Positions 1 to 10,257 of a stretch of 64,000 nucleotides of DNA are shown piece by piece (the first letter of the stretch is position 1; every line of letters begins with the position of its first letter). Source of the DNA: Comamonadaceae bacterium (GTDB lineage Bacteria > Pseudomonadota > Gammaproteobacteria > Burkholderiales > Burkholderiaceae_C); contig JANXRP010000134.1 of NCBI GenBank assembly GCA_025352965.1, positions 11,179 through 75,178 of the forward strand. Direction: 5' to 3'. The position numbers and the translations under genes are program-made. The notes under the pieces were generated by a model. It saw only the letters and a list, made by a program, of their open reading frames with translations. It had not been told where the DNA came from and made no database searches.

Positions 1-778
1 CAGCCTGCTCGCCCATGGCCTTACGCGTCGCGTCCGAGATAAACGGGGACGGCGCTTCTTCAATCACTTTTTGATGACGACGCTGAATCGAACACTCACG
101 CTCGTTCAAATAAATGACATTGCCAAAGCTGTCGCCCATCAATTGGATTTCGATGTGGCGCGGCTCTTCGACAAATTTTTCAATAAACACACGGTCGTCG
201 CCAAAGCTATTGCGCGCTTCGTTACGGCAAGAAGTAAAGCCCTCAAGCGCTTCTTTGTCGTTAAAGGCCACGCGCAGCCCTTTGCCACCGCCGCCTGCCG
301 AGGCTTTAATCATCACGGGATAGCCAATGCCTTTGGCAATTTCCACCGCGCGCTCAGGCGTTTCGATCGCATCGTTCACACCTGGAATGCAATTGACTCC
401 CGCCTTGCCAGCTAGTTTTTTAGACTCAATCTTGTCGCCCATCGCGGCAATCGAGTGGTGCTTAGGGCCAATAAACACAATGCCCTCTTCTTCCACGCGC
501 TTGGCAAAGCCTGAGTTCTCAGACAAAAAACCATAGCCTGGATGCACCGCCTCAGCACCCGTCGCTTTGCACGCTGCAATTATTTTGTCGGCAACCAAAT
601 ACGACTCGCGCGAGGGCGCAGCGCCAATGCACACGGCCTCGTCCGCTAAGGACACATGCCGTGCATTGGCATCGGCTTCTGAATAAACCGCAACCGTTTT
701 AATGCCCATCTTGCGGGCAGTCGTAATGACACGGCAAGCAATTTCGCCACGATTAGCAATGAGGATTTTTTTAAACAT
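1..778 (-). CDS. pccA: Biotin carboxylase (alpha) subunit of propionyl-/acyl-CoA carboxylase, N-terminal part only; gene runs off the left edge
   Basis: Not in the ORF track (no stop inside the window). My own minus-strand translation from the ATG at 776-778 gives [42 protein letters not shown] and later [16 protein letters not shown], the biotin-carboxylase/ATP-grasp signature. It lies 30 nt downstream of the carboxyltransferase gene. Confidence 0.85.
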   Translation of the reverse strand, partial: MFKKILIANRGEIACRVITTARKMGIKTVAVYSEADANARHVSLADEAVCIGAAPSRESYLVADKIIAACKATGAEAVHPGYGFLSENSGFAKRVEEEGIVFIGPKHHSIAAMGDKIESKKLAGKAGVNCIPGVNDAIETPERAVEIAKGIGYPVMIKASAGGGGKGLRVAFNDKEALEGFTSCRNEARNSFGDDRVFIEKFVEEPRHIEIQLMGDSFGNVIYLNERECSIQRRHQKVIEEAPSPFISDATRKAMGEQA

Positions 779-808
779 GATCTTTTCTCGTTCTTATTCT
801 CTAGCGAT

Positions 809-2341
809 TTAAAGCGGAATGTTCCCATGCTTGCGCCACGGGTTTTCTAGCTTTTTGTCTTTCAGCATGACTAAGGAGCGGCAAATGCGTTTGCGCGTTT
901 CGTGCGGCAAGATTACATCGTCAATAAAGCCGCGAGCCCCAGCCACAAAGGGGTTGGCGAATCTGGCTTTGTATTCCGCCTCTTTAGCCGCTAGCTTTTC
1001 TGGGTCGCCTTTATCTTCGCGAAAGATGATTTCGACCGCGCCTTTGGCACCCATCACAGCGATTTCGGCATGCGGCCACGCAAAATTGACGTCGCCGCGC
1101 AAATGCTTAGAAGCCATCACGTCGTACGCGCCGCCGTAGGCTTTGCGCGTGATGACGGTAATTTTGGGTACGGTGCATTCAGCATAGGCGTAAAGCAATT
1201 TCGCACCGTGTTTGATGATGCCGCCCAGCTCTTGGCTTGTTCCTGGCATAAAGCCAGGCACATCGACAAAAGTAATCACGGGGATATTGAACGCATCACA
1301 AAAACGAATAAAACGTGCGGCTTTGATACTGGATTTGATGTCTAAGCAACCCGCCAGCACCAGCGGTTGATTGGCCACAACACCCACCGTTTGGCCTTCC
1401 ATACGAGCAAAACCAATGACGATGTTTTTGGCGTACTCGGGTTGTATTTCAAAAAAATCACCATCGTCCACTGTCTTGGTAATCAGCTCCTTCATGTCGT
1501 AGGGCTTGTTTGGGTTATCGGGCACTAACGTGTCAAGGCTCATGTCCATACGGGTTGCAGGATCGCCGCTAGGGCGCACAGGCGCTTTTTCGCGATTGGA
1601 CAGCGGCAAGTAGTTATAGAGACGGCGCAGCATCAAGAGCGCTTCGACATCGTTTTCAAACGCTAAATCCGCCACGCCCGACTTAGTGGTGTGCGTGATC
1701 GCACCGCCTAGCTCCTCGGCGCTCACTTCTTCGTGCGTGACGGTCTTGACCACCTCAGGGCCCGTCACGAACATATAGCTCGAATCCTTGACCATAAAAA
1801 TGAAGTCGGTAATCGCGGGGCTATACACCGCACCGCCAGCAGAGGGCCCCATGATGAGACTGATCTGCGGAATCACGCCGCTGGCGAGCATATTTTTTTG
1901 AAAGATATCGGCGTAACCACCTAGACTTGCGACACCTTCTTGAATGCGAGCGCCGCCCGAGTCGTTAAGGCCAATCACAGGCGCGCCCACCTTCATGGCT
2001 TGATCCATGATTTTGCAAATTTTTTCGGCATGTGTTTCTGATAACGCACCGCCAAACACCGTGAAATCTTGGCTGTAAACGAACACCAAGCGTCCATTAA
2101 TCATGCCGTAGCCAGTCACCACACCGTCACCTGGAATTTTGTTGTCCGACATACCAAAGTCCACGCAGCGGTGCTCAACAAACATATCCCACTCTTCAAA
2201 TGTGCCTTCGTCTAGCAATACTTCTAGCCGTTCACGCGCCGTTAGTTTGCCCTTGCCGTGCTGCGAGGCGATACGCTTTGCGCCCCCACCCATGCGGGCT
2301 GCAGCGCGTTTTGCTTCTAATTGATCTAATATATTTTGCAT
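809..2341 (-). CDS. pccB: Propionyl-CoA carboxylase beta subunit (carboxyltransferase)
   Basis: 510 aa. Carboxyltransferase family hallmarks are [31 protein letters not shown] and the duplicated crotonase-like halves. The length is typical of PccB. Confidence 0.9.
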   Translation of the reverse strand: MQNILDQLEAKRAAARMGGGAKRIASQHGKGKLTARERLEVLLDEGTFEEWDMFVEHRCVDFGMSDNKIPGDGVVTGYGMINGRLVFVYSQDFTVFGGALSETHAEKICKIMDQAMKVGAPVIGLNDSGGARIQEGVASLGGYADIFQKNMLASGVIPQISLIMGPSAGGAVYSPAITDFIFMVKDSSYMFVTGPEVVKTVTHEEVSAEELGGAITHTTKSGVADLAFENDVEALLMLRRLYNYLPLSNREKAPVRPSGDPATRMDMSLDTLVPDNPNKPYDMKELITKTVDDGDFFEIQPEYAKNIVIGFARMEGQTVGVVANQPLVLAGCLDIKSSIKAARFIRFCDAFNIPVITFVDVPGFMPGTSQELGGIIKHGAKLLYAYAECTVPKITVITRKAYGGAYDVMASKHLRGDVNFAWPHAEIAVMGAKGAVEIIFREDKGDPEKLAAKEAEYKARFANPFVAGARGFIDDVILPHETRKRICRSLVMLKDKKLENPWRKHGNIPL

Positions 2342-3310
2342 TCATTCACCTTTGAAATTAAGTAGTTGCCGCGCCGCTGTAGACGCTGCCATTTGGCCAT
2401 TGGCCACTTGTTTAGTGAGCAACGGCAATTGCGTTTTTACATTTGCGTGCTCGAAAAATTGTTGCTTGAGCCCATCAAAGATTTGCTCCCACATCCACGC
2501 GAGGGCTTGCGATTCACGCCTTGCAGCCAATTTACCGTTTTGTGACTGCAAGGTTTGGTACTTTTGCACGCGCTGCCAAAAACCATCAATGCCAATGCTT
2601 TGCAAGGCGCTCATTTGCATCACTTCAGGATTCCACTCGGAGTTGCGTGCGTGACGACCATAGGCCCTGAGGCTGCTGGTGATTTGTGCTTCGGCACGAG
2701 TGGATGCAGCACTATCAATGTCGGCTTTGTTGATGACAACTAAATCGGCCAGCTCCATCACGCCTTTTTTAATCGCTTGCAGGTCGTCGCCTGCGTTGGG
2801 AAGCTGCATCAGCACAAACATATCCGTCATGCTGGCAACCGCGACTTCACTTTGCCCCACGCCCACAGTCTCCACAATCACCACGTCGTAACCCGCCGCC
2901 TCGCAAACCAGCATGGCTTCGCGCGTGTGCGATGCCACGCCTCCAAGCGTGCCGCTGCTGGGGCTTGGGCGAATAAAAGCGGATTCGTTGACAGACAGCA
3001 TCTCCATCCGAGTTTTGTCACCCAAGATAGAGCCGCCCGATACCGTGCTAGATGGGTCAACCGCCAGCACCGCAACGCGGTGTCCAAGGCCAATCAAATA
3101 GAGTCCCAGTACTTCAATAAATGTTGATTTACCGACGCCCGGCACACCACTAATGCCAAGGCGGAACGACTTGCCCGTATGCGGCAACAACTGCGTGAGC
3201 AACGCATCCGCTTCTGCTCGATGGTCGGCGCGGGTGGACTCCAAAAGCGTAATGGCCTTGGCAACAGCTCGGCGCTGGTTAGGGTGAGAACGAAGGATGA
3301 GATCAATCAA
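2342..3310 (-). CDS. meaB: Methylmalonyl-CoA mutase-associated G3E GTPase (MeaB/ArgK)
   Basis: 322 aa. Walker [10 protein letters not shown] and an NKAD motif (VVINKAD). Abuts the pccB start with no gap and lies inside the mutase operon. Confidence 0.85.
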   Translation of the reverse strand: MIDLILRSHPNQRRAVAKAITLLESTRADHRAEADALLTQLLPHTGKSFRLGISGVPGVGKSTFIEVLGLYLIGLGHRVAVLAVDPSSTVSGGSILGDKTRMEMLSVNESAFIRPSPSSGTLGGVASHTREAMLVCEAAGYDVVIVETVGVGQSEVAVASMTDMFVLMQLPNAGDDLQAIKKGVMELADLVVINKADIDSAASTRAEAQITSSLRAYGRHARNSEWNPEVMQMSALQSIGIDGFWQRVQKYQTLQSQNGKLAARRESQALAWMWEQIFDGLKQQFFEHANVKTQLPLLTKQVANGQMAASTAARQLLNFKGE

Positions 3311-3328
3311 GGCGTCACTCTGCTGCGT

Positions 3329-3925
3329 TTAATTCTTGGGGACTTTAGCCAGCAAATCTGCTCGCACCGTATTTTTAAAAGCCCAGACCCAAACCTCTAA
3401 ATTGTTAGTCGCCATATGGACGCCAATAAAGCCTGCCTTTTGAACTTTGAGTACTAATGATTTCACAGTAAATCCAGTTTTATGGGCAAAGAACTCGACG
3501 CCACTGCGCTCAATTTGTGCACTCCAACCGTACATGACATCCAGCACACGTATAGGGCCAGCAGGGGACTCGTACAGCACGTCATCAATATCCAAGTTTT
3601 GCTCTACCGTAGCGCGCATCACAGCGCCCATATCAGGTACACGAGCAACCAACATACCTCCGTCCTTAAGCACATGCCAAAAACTAGTCAGCACCTTGGC
3701 CACATCATGCTCGTAGTAATGCTCTAAGTTGTGCGAGCAATACACCACATCAAATTGATTGCCATCTAGCTTGCTCGTCATCTCGCGTGCATCGCAAAGC
3801 ACGTCGGGCTGTACCGTCGAATCAATATCCAGCAGCAAATGCTCAAATTCCTCAAACTCCTTAGGTAAGCGAATGCTTTTATCGTTACCGCCAACGTTGA
3901 GCAACTTCATTTTGAGCTGACTCAT
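3329..3925 (-). CDS. Class I SAM-dependent methyltransferase-like protein, function unknown
   Basis: 198 aa. Motif-I-like LLNVGGN, then [13 protein letters not shown] and [12 protein letters not shown]. Its ATG overlaps the scpA stop (ATGA at 3922-3925). Confidence 0.5.
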   Translation of the reverse strand: MSQLKMKLLNVGGNDKSIRLPKEFEEFEHLLLDIDSTVQPDVLCDAREMTSKLDGNQFDVVYCSHNLEHYYEHDVAKVLTSFWHVLKDGGMLVARVPDMGAVMRATVEQNLDIDDVLYESPAGPIRVLDVMYGWSAQIERSGVEFFAHKTGFTVKSLVLKVQKAGFIGVHMATNNLEVWVWAFKNTVRADLLAKVPKN

Positions 3926-6096
3926 GCCTTAAAAGCGCTTTCAATCTGCTGAAGTACATCCCGAGCGCAAGCTGGAATTGGCGTACCTGGGCCGTAGATG
4001 CCTTTCACGCCTGACTCATACAAAAACGCATAGTCTTGCTGCGGAATCACACCACCCACAAATACGATGATGTCGTCTGCGCCTTGATCCTTCAAGGCTT
4101 GAATGATGGCGGGAATAAGGGTTTTATGACCTGCTGCGAGGGTGGAAACACCGACCGCATGCACGTCGTTTTCAATGGCTTGACGGGCGCACTCTTCGGG
4201 GGTTTGGAAGAGCGGACCAATGTCTACATCGAAGCCCAAATCGGCAAACGCCGTGGCAACGACTTTAGCGCCTCGGTCATGGCCGTCTTGCCCGAGTTTT
4301 GACACCATCACGCGTGGACGACGACCTTGCTTGGCGGCAAAGTCATTGATTTCGCTCTTGATGGCATCCCATTCTTTAGCCCAATCACCCTCTTGGTCGT
4401 AAGCTGCTGCGTACACGCCTGTCACCTTTTGCGTATCGGCTCTGTGCCGTCCAAATGAAGTCTCTAGCGCATCGCTGACTTCGCCCACCGTGGCGCGAAG
4501 CCGCATGGCTTTCACGGTCAAGTCTAATAGGTTTCCAGACCCCGCAGCAGCGGCATCGGATAAGGCTTGCAGGGCATTTTTAACAGCCGCAGCATCACGG
4601 CGCGCGCGTATCGCTTTGAGTTTGGTGATTTGTCCATCGCGCACCATGACGTTATCAATCACCAAAATTTCGGGTTGATCGGCCAGCGCTTCCTCTTTAC
4701 TCAGTTTGTATTTGTTGACACCCACAATCACGTCTTGTCCGCTGTCAATGCGTGCCTGTTTTTCGGCCGCCGCCGCTTCAATTTTGAGCTTCGCCCAGCC
4801 ACTATCCACGGCTTTAATCATGCCGCCCATAGCCTCGACTTCCTCGATGATCGCCCATGCTTTCTCCAGCATCTCGTTTGTCAGGCTCTCCATCATGTAG
4901 CTGCCTGCCCAAGGATCAACGACATTGGTAATGTGGGTTTCTTCCTGCAATATGATTTGCGTATTGCGGGCAATGCGACTTGAAAACTCAGTTGGCAGCG
5001 CAATCGCTTCGTCAAAGCTATTGGTGTGCAGGCTTTGCGTACCGCCAAAGACAGCCGCCATGGCTTCTACGGTGGTGCGCACGATGTTGTTGTAGGGGTC
5101 TTGCTCGGTCAAACTCCAGCCACTGGTTTGGCAGTGCGTGCGCAGCATCAAGCTCTTTGGCGATTTGGCATTAAAGCCCGTCATGATGCGATGCCACAGG
5201 ACGCGGGCGGCACGCATCTTGGCAACTTCTAGGTAGAAATTCATACCAATCGCCCAAAAGAATGAGAGCCGTCCTGCGAACTCATCTACATCCAAGCCTT
5301 TTGCCAGCGCGGTACGCACGTATTCGCGTCCATCGGCCAGCGTAAAGGCCAGCTCTAGCGCTTGGTTCGCGCCTGCTTCTTGCATGTGATAGCCACTAAT
5401 CGAGATCGAATTGAATTTGGGCATGTTCTTCGCCGTGTATTCAATGATGTCGCCAATGATGCGCATGGAGGGCTCAGGCGGATAGATGTAGGTGTTACGC
5501 ACCATGAATTCCTTCAGGATGTCGTTTTGAATCGTCCCCGAGAGTTTGTCTTGCGATACGCCCTGCTCTTCGGCCGCCACGATGTAACCCGCGAGCACGG
5601 GTAATACCGCGCCGTTCATAGTCATGGAGACCGAGACCTTATCGAGCGGGATTTGGTCAAACAAAATCTTCATATCTTCGACCGAATCAATCGCCACACC
5701 CGCCTTACCCACATCGCCCGTGACGCGCGGATGATCGGAGTCATAGCCACGGTGTGTCGCCAAATCGAACGCGACTGAAACACCCTGCCCGCCAGCAGCT
5801 AAAGCCTTACGGTAAAAGGCGTTCGAAGCTTCAGCAGTGGAGAAGCCCGCGTACTGACGAATCGTCCAAGGACGCACCGCATACATAGTGGCTTGCGGGC
5901 CACGCAGGTACGGCGCAAAGCCTGGGAGCGAGTCGGTGTGCGGCAAATCAGCTGTATCAGCCGCTGTGTAAAGCGGCTTGACGGTAATGCCGTCGGGCGT
6001 TTGCCAGTTGAGCGCATTCACATCCCCGTTGGGCGCAGATTTGGCCGCAGCTTTTTGCCAGTCGGCTAGATTGGAAGGCTTGGAAAAATTAGTCAT
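3922..6096 (-). CDS. scpA: Methylmalonyl-CoA mutase, single-chain (substrate barrel + B12-binding domain)
   Basis: 724 aa. Contains [12 protein letters not shown] and [13 protein letters not shown], plus a C-terminal cobalamin-binding DxHxxG motif ([10 protein letters not shown]). Confidence 0.9.
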   Translation of the reverse strand: MTNFSKPSNLADWQKAAAKSAPNGDVNALNWQTPDGITVKPLYTAADTADLPHTDSLPGFAPYLRGPQATMYAVRPWTIRQYAGFSTAEASNAFYRKALAAGGQGVSVAFDLATHRGYDSDHPRVTGDVGKAGVAIDSVEDMKILFDQIPLDKVSVSMTMNGAVLPVLAGYIVAAEEQGVSQDKLSGTIQNDILKEFMVRNTYIYPPEPSMRIIGDIIEYTAKNMPKFNSISISGYHMQEAGANQALELAFTLADGREYVRTALAKGLDVDEFAGRLSFFWAIGMNFYLEVAKMRAARVLWHRIMTGFNAKSPKSLMLRTHCQTSGWSLTEQDPYNNIVRTTVEAMAAVFGGTQSLHTNSFDEAIALPTEFSSRIARNTQIILQEETHITNVVDPWAGSYMMESLTNEMLEKAWAIIEEVEAMGGMIKAVDSGWAKLKIEAAAAEKQARIDSGQDVIVGVNKYKLSKEEALADQPEILVIDNVMVRDGQITKLKAIRARRDAAAVKNALQALSDAAAAGSGNLLDLTVKAMRLRATVGEVSDALETSFGRHRADTQKVTGVYAAAYDQEGDWAKEWDAIKSEINDFAAKQGRRPRVMVSKLGQDGHDRGAKVVATAFADLGFDVDIGPLFQTPEECARQAIENDVHAVGVSTLAAGHKTLIPAIIQALKDQGADDIIVFVGGVIPQQDYAFLYESGVKGIYGPGTPIPACARDVLQQIESAFKA

Positions 6097-6166
6097 CTGG
6101 CAATTCTACTCAATTATTTAAATATAATTATGAATTCAAAATTCAGTTTCATGTAAACTAAGTGGT
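6097..6166. promoter_or_regulatory. Divergent promoter/operator region between the scpA operon and the GntR regulator gene
   Basis: 70-bp AT-rich spacer between divergent start codons. It holds a perfect 10-bp palindrome TATTTAAATA (6115-6124) and the inverted repeat GAATT-caa-AATTC (6132-6144). No binding is demonstrated. Confidence 0.3.
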
Positions 6167-6802
6167 ATGGAACACAACCGTTTAAAGCCCCGCGCACTCT
6201 ACGAGGAAGTAGCTGAATTGCTGCGTGGGCGTATTTTTAGCCGTGAACTCGCCCCTGGCGATTGGGTTGATGAGCTCAAAATTGCGGCTGAACTGGAGAT
6301 TAGCCGCACGCCGCTACGTGAAGCTATCAAAGTGCTGGCGACAGAAGGCTTAATTACGATGAAAATGCGGCGCGGCGCTTATGTGACCGAAGTGAACGAC
6401 AAGGATCTGCGTGATGTCTTCCATTTGATGGCTGTGCTAGAAGCCGATGCAGCAAGCACTGTAGCTAGAGCGGCCACCGATGCGCAACTAGACGAACTGA
6501 GTGCGCTTCATCAGCAATTAGAGAAATCAATCAAGGACCGCGTCCAGTTCTTCAAGGTCAACGAAGCCTTTCACGTCAAGCTACTAGAGGTTGCCAATAA
6601 CCGCTGGCGTGACCAAATCGTGGCGGATTTGCGCAAAGTGATGAAGCTCAATCGTGCGCAATCGCTACTCAAGGCTGGGCGGATTGAGGAATCACTCGCC
6701 GAGCACAGCGCCATCATGACGGCGCTTAAAAAGCGAGATGCCGTGGCTGCACAAACCGCTATGCGATTGCATATTGAAAGTGGGCAAGAGGCGGCGGCAT
6801 AA
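6167..6802 (+). CDS. GntR-family transcriptional regulator (FadR/FCD subfamily)
   Basis: 211 aa. N-terminal winged HTH (ISRTPLREAIKVLATEGLI) and an all-helical C-terminal FCD-like domain. Divergent from the methylmalonyl operon. Confidence 0.8.
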   Translation: MEHNRLKPRALYEEVAELLRGRIFSRELAPGDWVDELKIAAELEISRTPLREAIKVLATEGLITMKMRRGAYVTEVNDKDLRDVFHLMAVLEADAASTVARAATDAQLDELSALHQQLEKSIKDRVQFFKVNEAFHVKLLEVANNRWRDQIVADLRKVMKLNRAQSLLKAGRIEESLAEHSAIMTALKKRDAVAAQTAMRLHIESGQEAAA

Positions 6803-6819
6803 GCTTTAGACTTGATTGC

Positions 6820-7524
6820 ATGAGCTATTTGCCGCCTGTTCGCCAACTGCCCGTTCTCGGAGTCGATTCGCACTTCCCACCAGTGGAAGAGGCTTGGGGC
6901 GACTCCGACCCCATCTCGGGACTGTTGTGCGCTGGCGCGGATTTATCAGTCAGGCGCTTAGTCGCGGCATATAGCCAAGGCATCTTCCCGTGGTACAGCG
7001 AGGACGAGCCGATTTTGTGGTGGTCGCCTGATCCACGCATGGTTTTAAAAATTACTGACTTCAAAGTGAGTCAATCACTAGCAAAAACCATCAAGCGATT
7101 TCAAAATGACCCTTGCTCTGAAACCCGCATAAATACGGCCTTCCCAGAGGTCATTGCCCACTGCGCCCAGTCCATAAGGGCTGGGCAGCAAGGCACTTGG
7201 ATTGTGCCGGCGATGCAAGCGGCCTATATTGCTCTGCACGAAGCGGGTTATGCACACAGCGTAGAAGTTTGGGTGCAGGGCAAACTGGTAGGCGGGCTCT
7301 ACTTCACGATGGTTGCCAATGCGGTTTTTGGCGAATCGATGTTTTCACTTCAAACGGATGCATCAAAAATAGCTTTGTCAGCGCTTGTGGATTTTTGCCA
7401 AAGTAGAGGCATTGAATGGATAGACTGTCAGCAGCAAACCGAACACCTCGCTAGCCTTGGCGCCAAGCCGATACCAAGGCAAGCCTTTTTGGATATGGTC
7501 TTAAGATCACAGCATGCCCACTAA
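6820..7524 (+). CDS. aat: Leucyl/phenylalanyl-tRNA--protein transferase
   Basis: 234 aa. Contains GIFPWYSEDEPILWWSPDPRMVL and GESMFS, characteristic of the Aat family. Confidence 0.85.
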   Translation: MSYLPPVRQLPVLGVDSHFPPVEEAWGDSDPISGLLCAGADLSVRRLVAAYSQGIFPWYSEDEPILWWSPDPRMVLKITDFKVSQSLAKTIKRFQNDPCSETRINTAFPEVIAHCAQSIRAGQQGTWIVPAMQAAYIALHEAGYAHSVEVWVQGKLVGGLYFTMVANAVFGESMFSLQTDASKIALSALVDFCQSRGIEWIDCQQQTEHLASLGAKPIPRQAFLDMVLRSQHAH

Positions 7525-8269
7525 ACCCGCCATCCAAGTTTTTGAGCGCATGTTTTTGCTGGTCGATATTTTGGCCAAGCGCTCACAGTCACTTAATTTA
7601 AAAGAGCTCAGCGAACTGGCGGGGCTGCACCCTTCCACCACACACCGTATCCTGAGCGACTTGGTACTCGGTCGTTATGTGGAACGCCCGCAAGCGGGTG
7701 TGTACAGGTTAGGTTTGCGATTTTTAGAGCTAGGCAATTTGGTCAAAAGTCGTCTTGATGTACGCGAAGCCGCACTCATTCCGATGCGTGCGCTGCACGA
7801 CAAGCTGGGGCAACCCGTGAGCCTTAGCGTACGACAAGGCGATAGCATTGTGTACATTGACCGCGCGTATTCGGAGCGCTCGGGTATGCAGGTGGTACGT
7901 GCCATTGGCGGTCGGGCGCCATTGCATCTCACGTCGGTTGGGAAACTATTTTTATCACTAGATACAGAAGCTCAGCTCAAGTCCTACGCTGAACGGACAG
8001 GCCTCAAAGGACAAACAGCCAATAGCATTACAACTTTAGAAGCATTAAAAAAAGAGCTCAAATTAGTAGTAAAAGCACAATCAGCCTATGACAAAGAAGA
8101 GTTAGAACTTGGTGTCAGATGCATCGCATCGAGCATCCATAATGATCGAGGTGAATTGATTGCAGGTTTGTCGATTTCTGCGCCGACCGAGCGATTGAAA
8201 ACTGAATGGATGATAACGTTGCAAGATACAACGGAGATGATTTCAGCCGCACTCGGCTATCAAGCCTAA
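7514..8269 (+). CDS. IclR-family transcriptional regulator
   Basis: 251 aa. N-terminal HTH (LKELSELAGLHPSTTHRIL) plus an IclR effector domain. Overlaps the aat end by 11 nt. Confidence 0.85.
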   Translation: MPTKPAIQVFERMFLLVDILAKRSQSLNLKELSELAGLHPSTTHRILSDLVLGRYVERPQAGVYRLGLRFLELGNLVKSRLDVREAALIPMRALHDKLGQPVSLSVRQGDSIVYIDRAYSERSGMQVVRAIGGRAPLHLTSVGKLFLSLDTEAQLKSYAERTGLKGQTANSITTLEALKKELKLVVKAQSAYDKEELELGVRCIASSIHNDRGELIAGLSISAPTERLKTEWMITLQDTTEMISAALGYQA

Positions 8270-8278
8270 TTTCGCAAG

Positions 8279-9244
8279 TTAGGCATGCGGTACGTTAGCT
8301 GGACGTGTCTCCAGCCAAGCTTTGACACGCTCAGCATCGCCAAGGCGAGAGTATTTGCCCATAGAGTCCAAAAACACCATAACCAGCTTGCGACCAGCCA
8401 CCGTGGTCTGCATCACTAGGCAGCGGCCAGCTGCGGTAATGTAACCCGTCTTTTGCACTTCGATATCCCAATTAGGGTTGGACGTGAGGCGGTTGGTATT
8501 GACGTATTGCATGGTGCGTTTGCCAACAGCAAGCTGATAACCATGCGAGGTAGAGAGAGAGCTCACAGTTGCATTTTGTGATGCGAAGGCGACAAGCTTG
8601 GCCAAGTCTTGCGCTGTGGAACGGTTATCGCTCGAAATACCCGTTGGTTCAACGTAATGTGTATTCATCATACCCAGCATCAGCGCCTTCGCATTCATCA
8701 GGCGCACAAACTCATCAATCCCTGCTGGATAAGTGCGGCCTAAGGCATAAGCAGCACGGTTTTCACTCGACATTAAAGCCAAGTGCAACATATCACGGCG
8801 CGTCATCGATGTACCTGCTCTTAACCGCGAAAAGCTAGCATGGCGAATATCATCATTTGTAATAGTAATGATCTCATCCATTGGTAAATTAGCTTCACTA
8901 ATCACAATACCCGTCATTAATTTGGTAATAGATGCAATAGGCAATACGGCCGCTTCGTTTTTGCTGAAGAGAACTTCATTGGTATTTTGATCGACGACTA
9001 AAGCCACGCTGGACTTGAGGTCTAACTCATCAGCCGCACTGTGGAGTCCCGTGAGCCGCCCCATCGAAGGCCCCTCGTAGGAGGCGCGCGCAAATCGCTT
9101 AGAACGAATAACCTTTTTGCTTGCGGTATGAGATTTTTTGACCTGCTTCGCGGTAGCGGTCGCCTTTTTCTGCGGCGCGACAGCCTGCACATTCACAGCA
9201 AACGCTAAAGCTAAAACGATCAGAAAGAAATGAATAATTCGCAT
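8279..9244 (-). CDS. pbpG: D-alanyl-D-alanine endopeptidase/carboxypeptidase (peptidase S11, PBP7-like)
   Basis: SxxK (SITKLMT), SxN (SSEN) and KTG (QKTGYI) motifs. Signal peptide MRIIHFFLIVLALAFAVNVQA. I chose the start at 9244 (AAGGA Shine-Dalgarno 4 nt upstream) over the track start at 9304. Confidence 0.8.
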   Translation of the reverse strand: MRIIHFFLIVLALAFAVNVQAVAPQKKATATAKQVKKSHTASKKVIRSKRFARASYEGPSMGRLTGLHSAADELDLKSSVALVVDQNTNEVLFSKNEAAVLPIASITKLMTGIVISEANLPMDEIITITNDDIRHASFSRLRAGTSMTRRDMLHLALMSSENRAAYALGRTYPAGIDEFVRLMNAKALMLGMMNTHYVEPTGISSDNRSTAQDLAKLVAFASQNATVSSLSTSHGYQLAVGKRTMQYVNTNRLTSNPNWDIEVQKTGYITAAGRCLVMQTTVAGRKLVMVFLDSMGKYSRLGDAERVKAWLETRPANVPHA

Positions 9245-9300
9245 AAGTTCCTTTGACTGGCCTCTCTGGCTGGTGCAAAAACAGATAGTCTGTGAGTGTA

Positions 9301-9337
9301 ACAAAGAAAAAGGGTTTACGATTGCTCGTAAACCCTT
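9301..9337 (-). terminator. Rho-independent terminator downstream of tRNA-Lys
   Basis: Perfect 11-bp stem AAGGGTTTACG/CGTAAACCCTT (9310-9320 and 9327-9337) with a 6-nt loop. On the minus strand it is followed by TTTTTCTTTGT. Confidence 0.75.
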
Positions 9338-9353
9338 GATTCTATTAAGTGAG

Positions 9354-9429
9354 TGGTGGGATGTGCGGGGGTCGAACCCACGACAAACGGATTAAAAGTC
9401 CGCTGCTCTACCAACTGAGCTAACATCCC
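9354..9429 (-). tRNA. tRNA-Lys (anticodon UUU), 76 nt with encoded CCA
   Basis: Minus-strand read: GGGATGTTAGCTCAGTTGGTAGAGCAGCGGACTTTTAATCCGTTTGTCGTGGGTTCGACCCCCGCACATCCCACCA. Acceptor stem GGGATGT/ACATCCC, D-arm GCTC/GAGC, anticodon stem GCGGA/TCCGT with loop CTTTTAA, T-loop TTCGACC. Confidence 0.92.
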
Positions 9430-9456
9430 ACTCTTGCTTCGCAGCAAAGCCTTCGA

Positions 9457-10257
9457 TTATAGCGTTGTTTTAGCGACTTTAGCAAGCGTCTTTATGGTCT
9501 CACCTGCTGCGCACAAGCCAAAAGTAGCTGTGACCGCAACACTCGATCCAAAGCCGTGACAATTGAGTGATCCATCAAACGAATCGTCAATCGCGCAGAG
9601 TTCATTGGTTATCTCGTGAACGGGCTTCTGAACTAGCTCCGTGCTATAGATACAGGCCACGCCCAGCTTGCCTTGCCGAGCAGCGCCATGTTGACGGCGC
9701 AGGTTATAGCGCATTTTTGCCAAAAGCGGATCGTGTGTCACATCAAGCAAATCATTTTTTTGAACTAAGTGCGCTTGCTGCTTGCCGCCCGCTGCACCCA
9801 CGGTGATAAAGGCAAGTTTTTTTTGATGTAAAGCCCAAGCCGCTAACGTGGTTTTTGCTACCACTTGGTCGCAAGCGTCGATCACACCATCTATTTTTGC
9901 AAACTCAGAAATCTCTATTGCAAGCGCAGGCCAGTTCTCTGGAGTTACAAAATCATCAATAAGTTGAACTTGGCAGTTGTTGTTAATATCCAACATGCGG
10001 TCTCGCATGGCTTCGATTTTGGATTTGCCAAGTGTTGAATCAAGCGAATGGATTTGTCGATTGATATTGGATTCGGACACGTGATCCATGTCAATCAGTG
10101 TAATTCGCCCGACTCCACTACGCACCAAAGCTTCCGCACTCCACGAGCCAACACCGCCTATGCCGACGACAACGATGTGGGATGCAAAAATTTGCGCTGC
10201 GCCAGAGATGCCGTACAGCCGAGCAAGCCCCCCAAACCGACGCGCATGATCGATCAC
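9457..10257 (-). CDS. tcdA: tRNA cyclic-t6A dehydratase (ThiF/MoeB-family E1-like, TcdA/CsdL)
   Basis: 266 aa. Rossmann motif VVVGIGGVGSW, then ITLIDMDHVSESNINRQ. Length and motifs fit TcdA rather than MoeB or ThiF. Confidence 0.75.
   Translation of the reverse strand: MIDHARRFGGLARLYGISGAAQIFASHIVVVGIGGVGSWSAEALVRSGVGRITLIDMDHVSESNINRQIHSLDSTLGKSKIEAMRDRMLDINNNCQVQLIDDFVTPENWPALAIEISEFAKIDGVIDACDQVVAKTTLAAWALHQKKLAFITVGAAGGKQQAHLVQKNDLLDVTHDPLLAKMRYNLRRQHGAARQGKLGVACIYSTELVQKPVHEITNELCAIDDSFDGSLNCHGFGSSVAVTATFGLCAAGETIKTLAKVAKTTL

Noticed and set aside
71-536. Plus-strand ORFs 71-415, 114-323 and 327-536 from the track.
   Set aside because: They lie antisense to a continuous minus-strand reading frame with an unmistakable biotin-carboxylase sequence (pccA). 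Their Arg/Ala/Ser-rich, motif-less translations are typical shadow ORFs of GC-rich coding DNA.
646-828. 60-aa minus-strand ORF spanning the pccB/pccA junction.
   Set aside because: It is out of frame with and overlaps the pccA 5' end and the pccB stop. It has no motifs and is explained by the two real genes.
4036-5604. A series of plus-strand ORFs (up to 138 aa) inside scpA. Similar antisense ORFs occur elsewhere: 21340-21840, 24965-25420, 29316-29876, 57992-58432 and 59738-60190.
   Set aside because: All are embedded antisense or out of frame in long ORFs with strong family signatures. None has a recognisable motif, RBS or independent intergenic space.
8264-8284. Hairpin GCCTAA-N9-TTAGGC spanning the convergent stop codons of the IclR and pbpG genes, as a possible bidirectional terminator.
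   Set aside because: It has only a 6-bp AT-containing stem with a 9-nt loop and no flanking T/A tracts. That is too weak to call.
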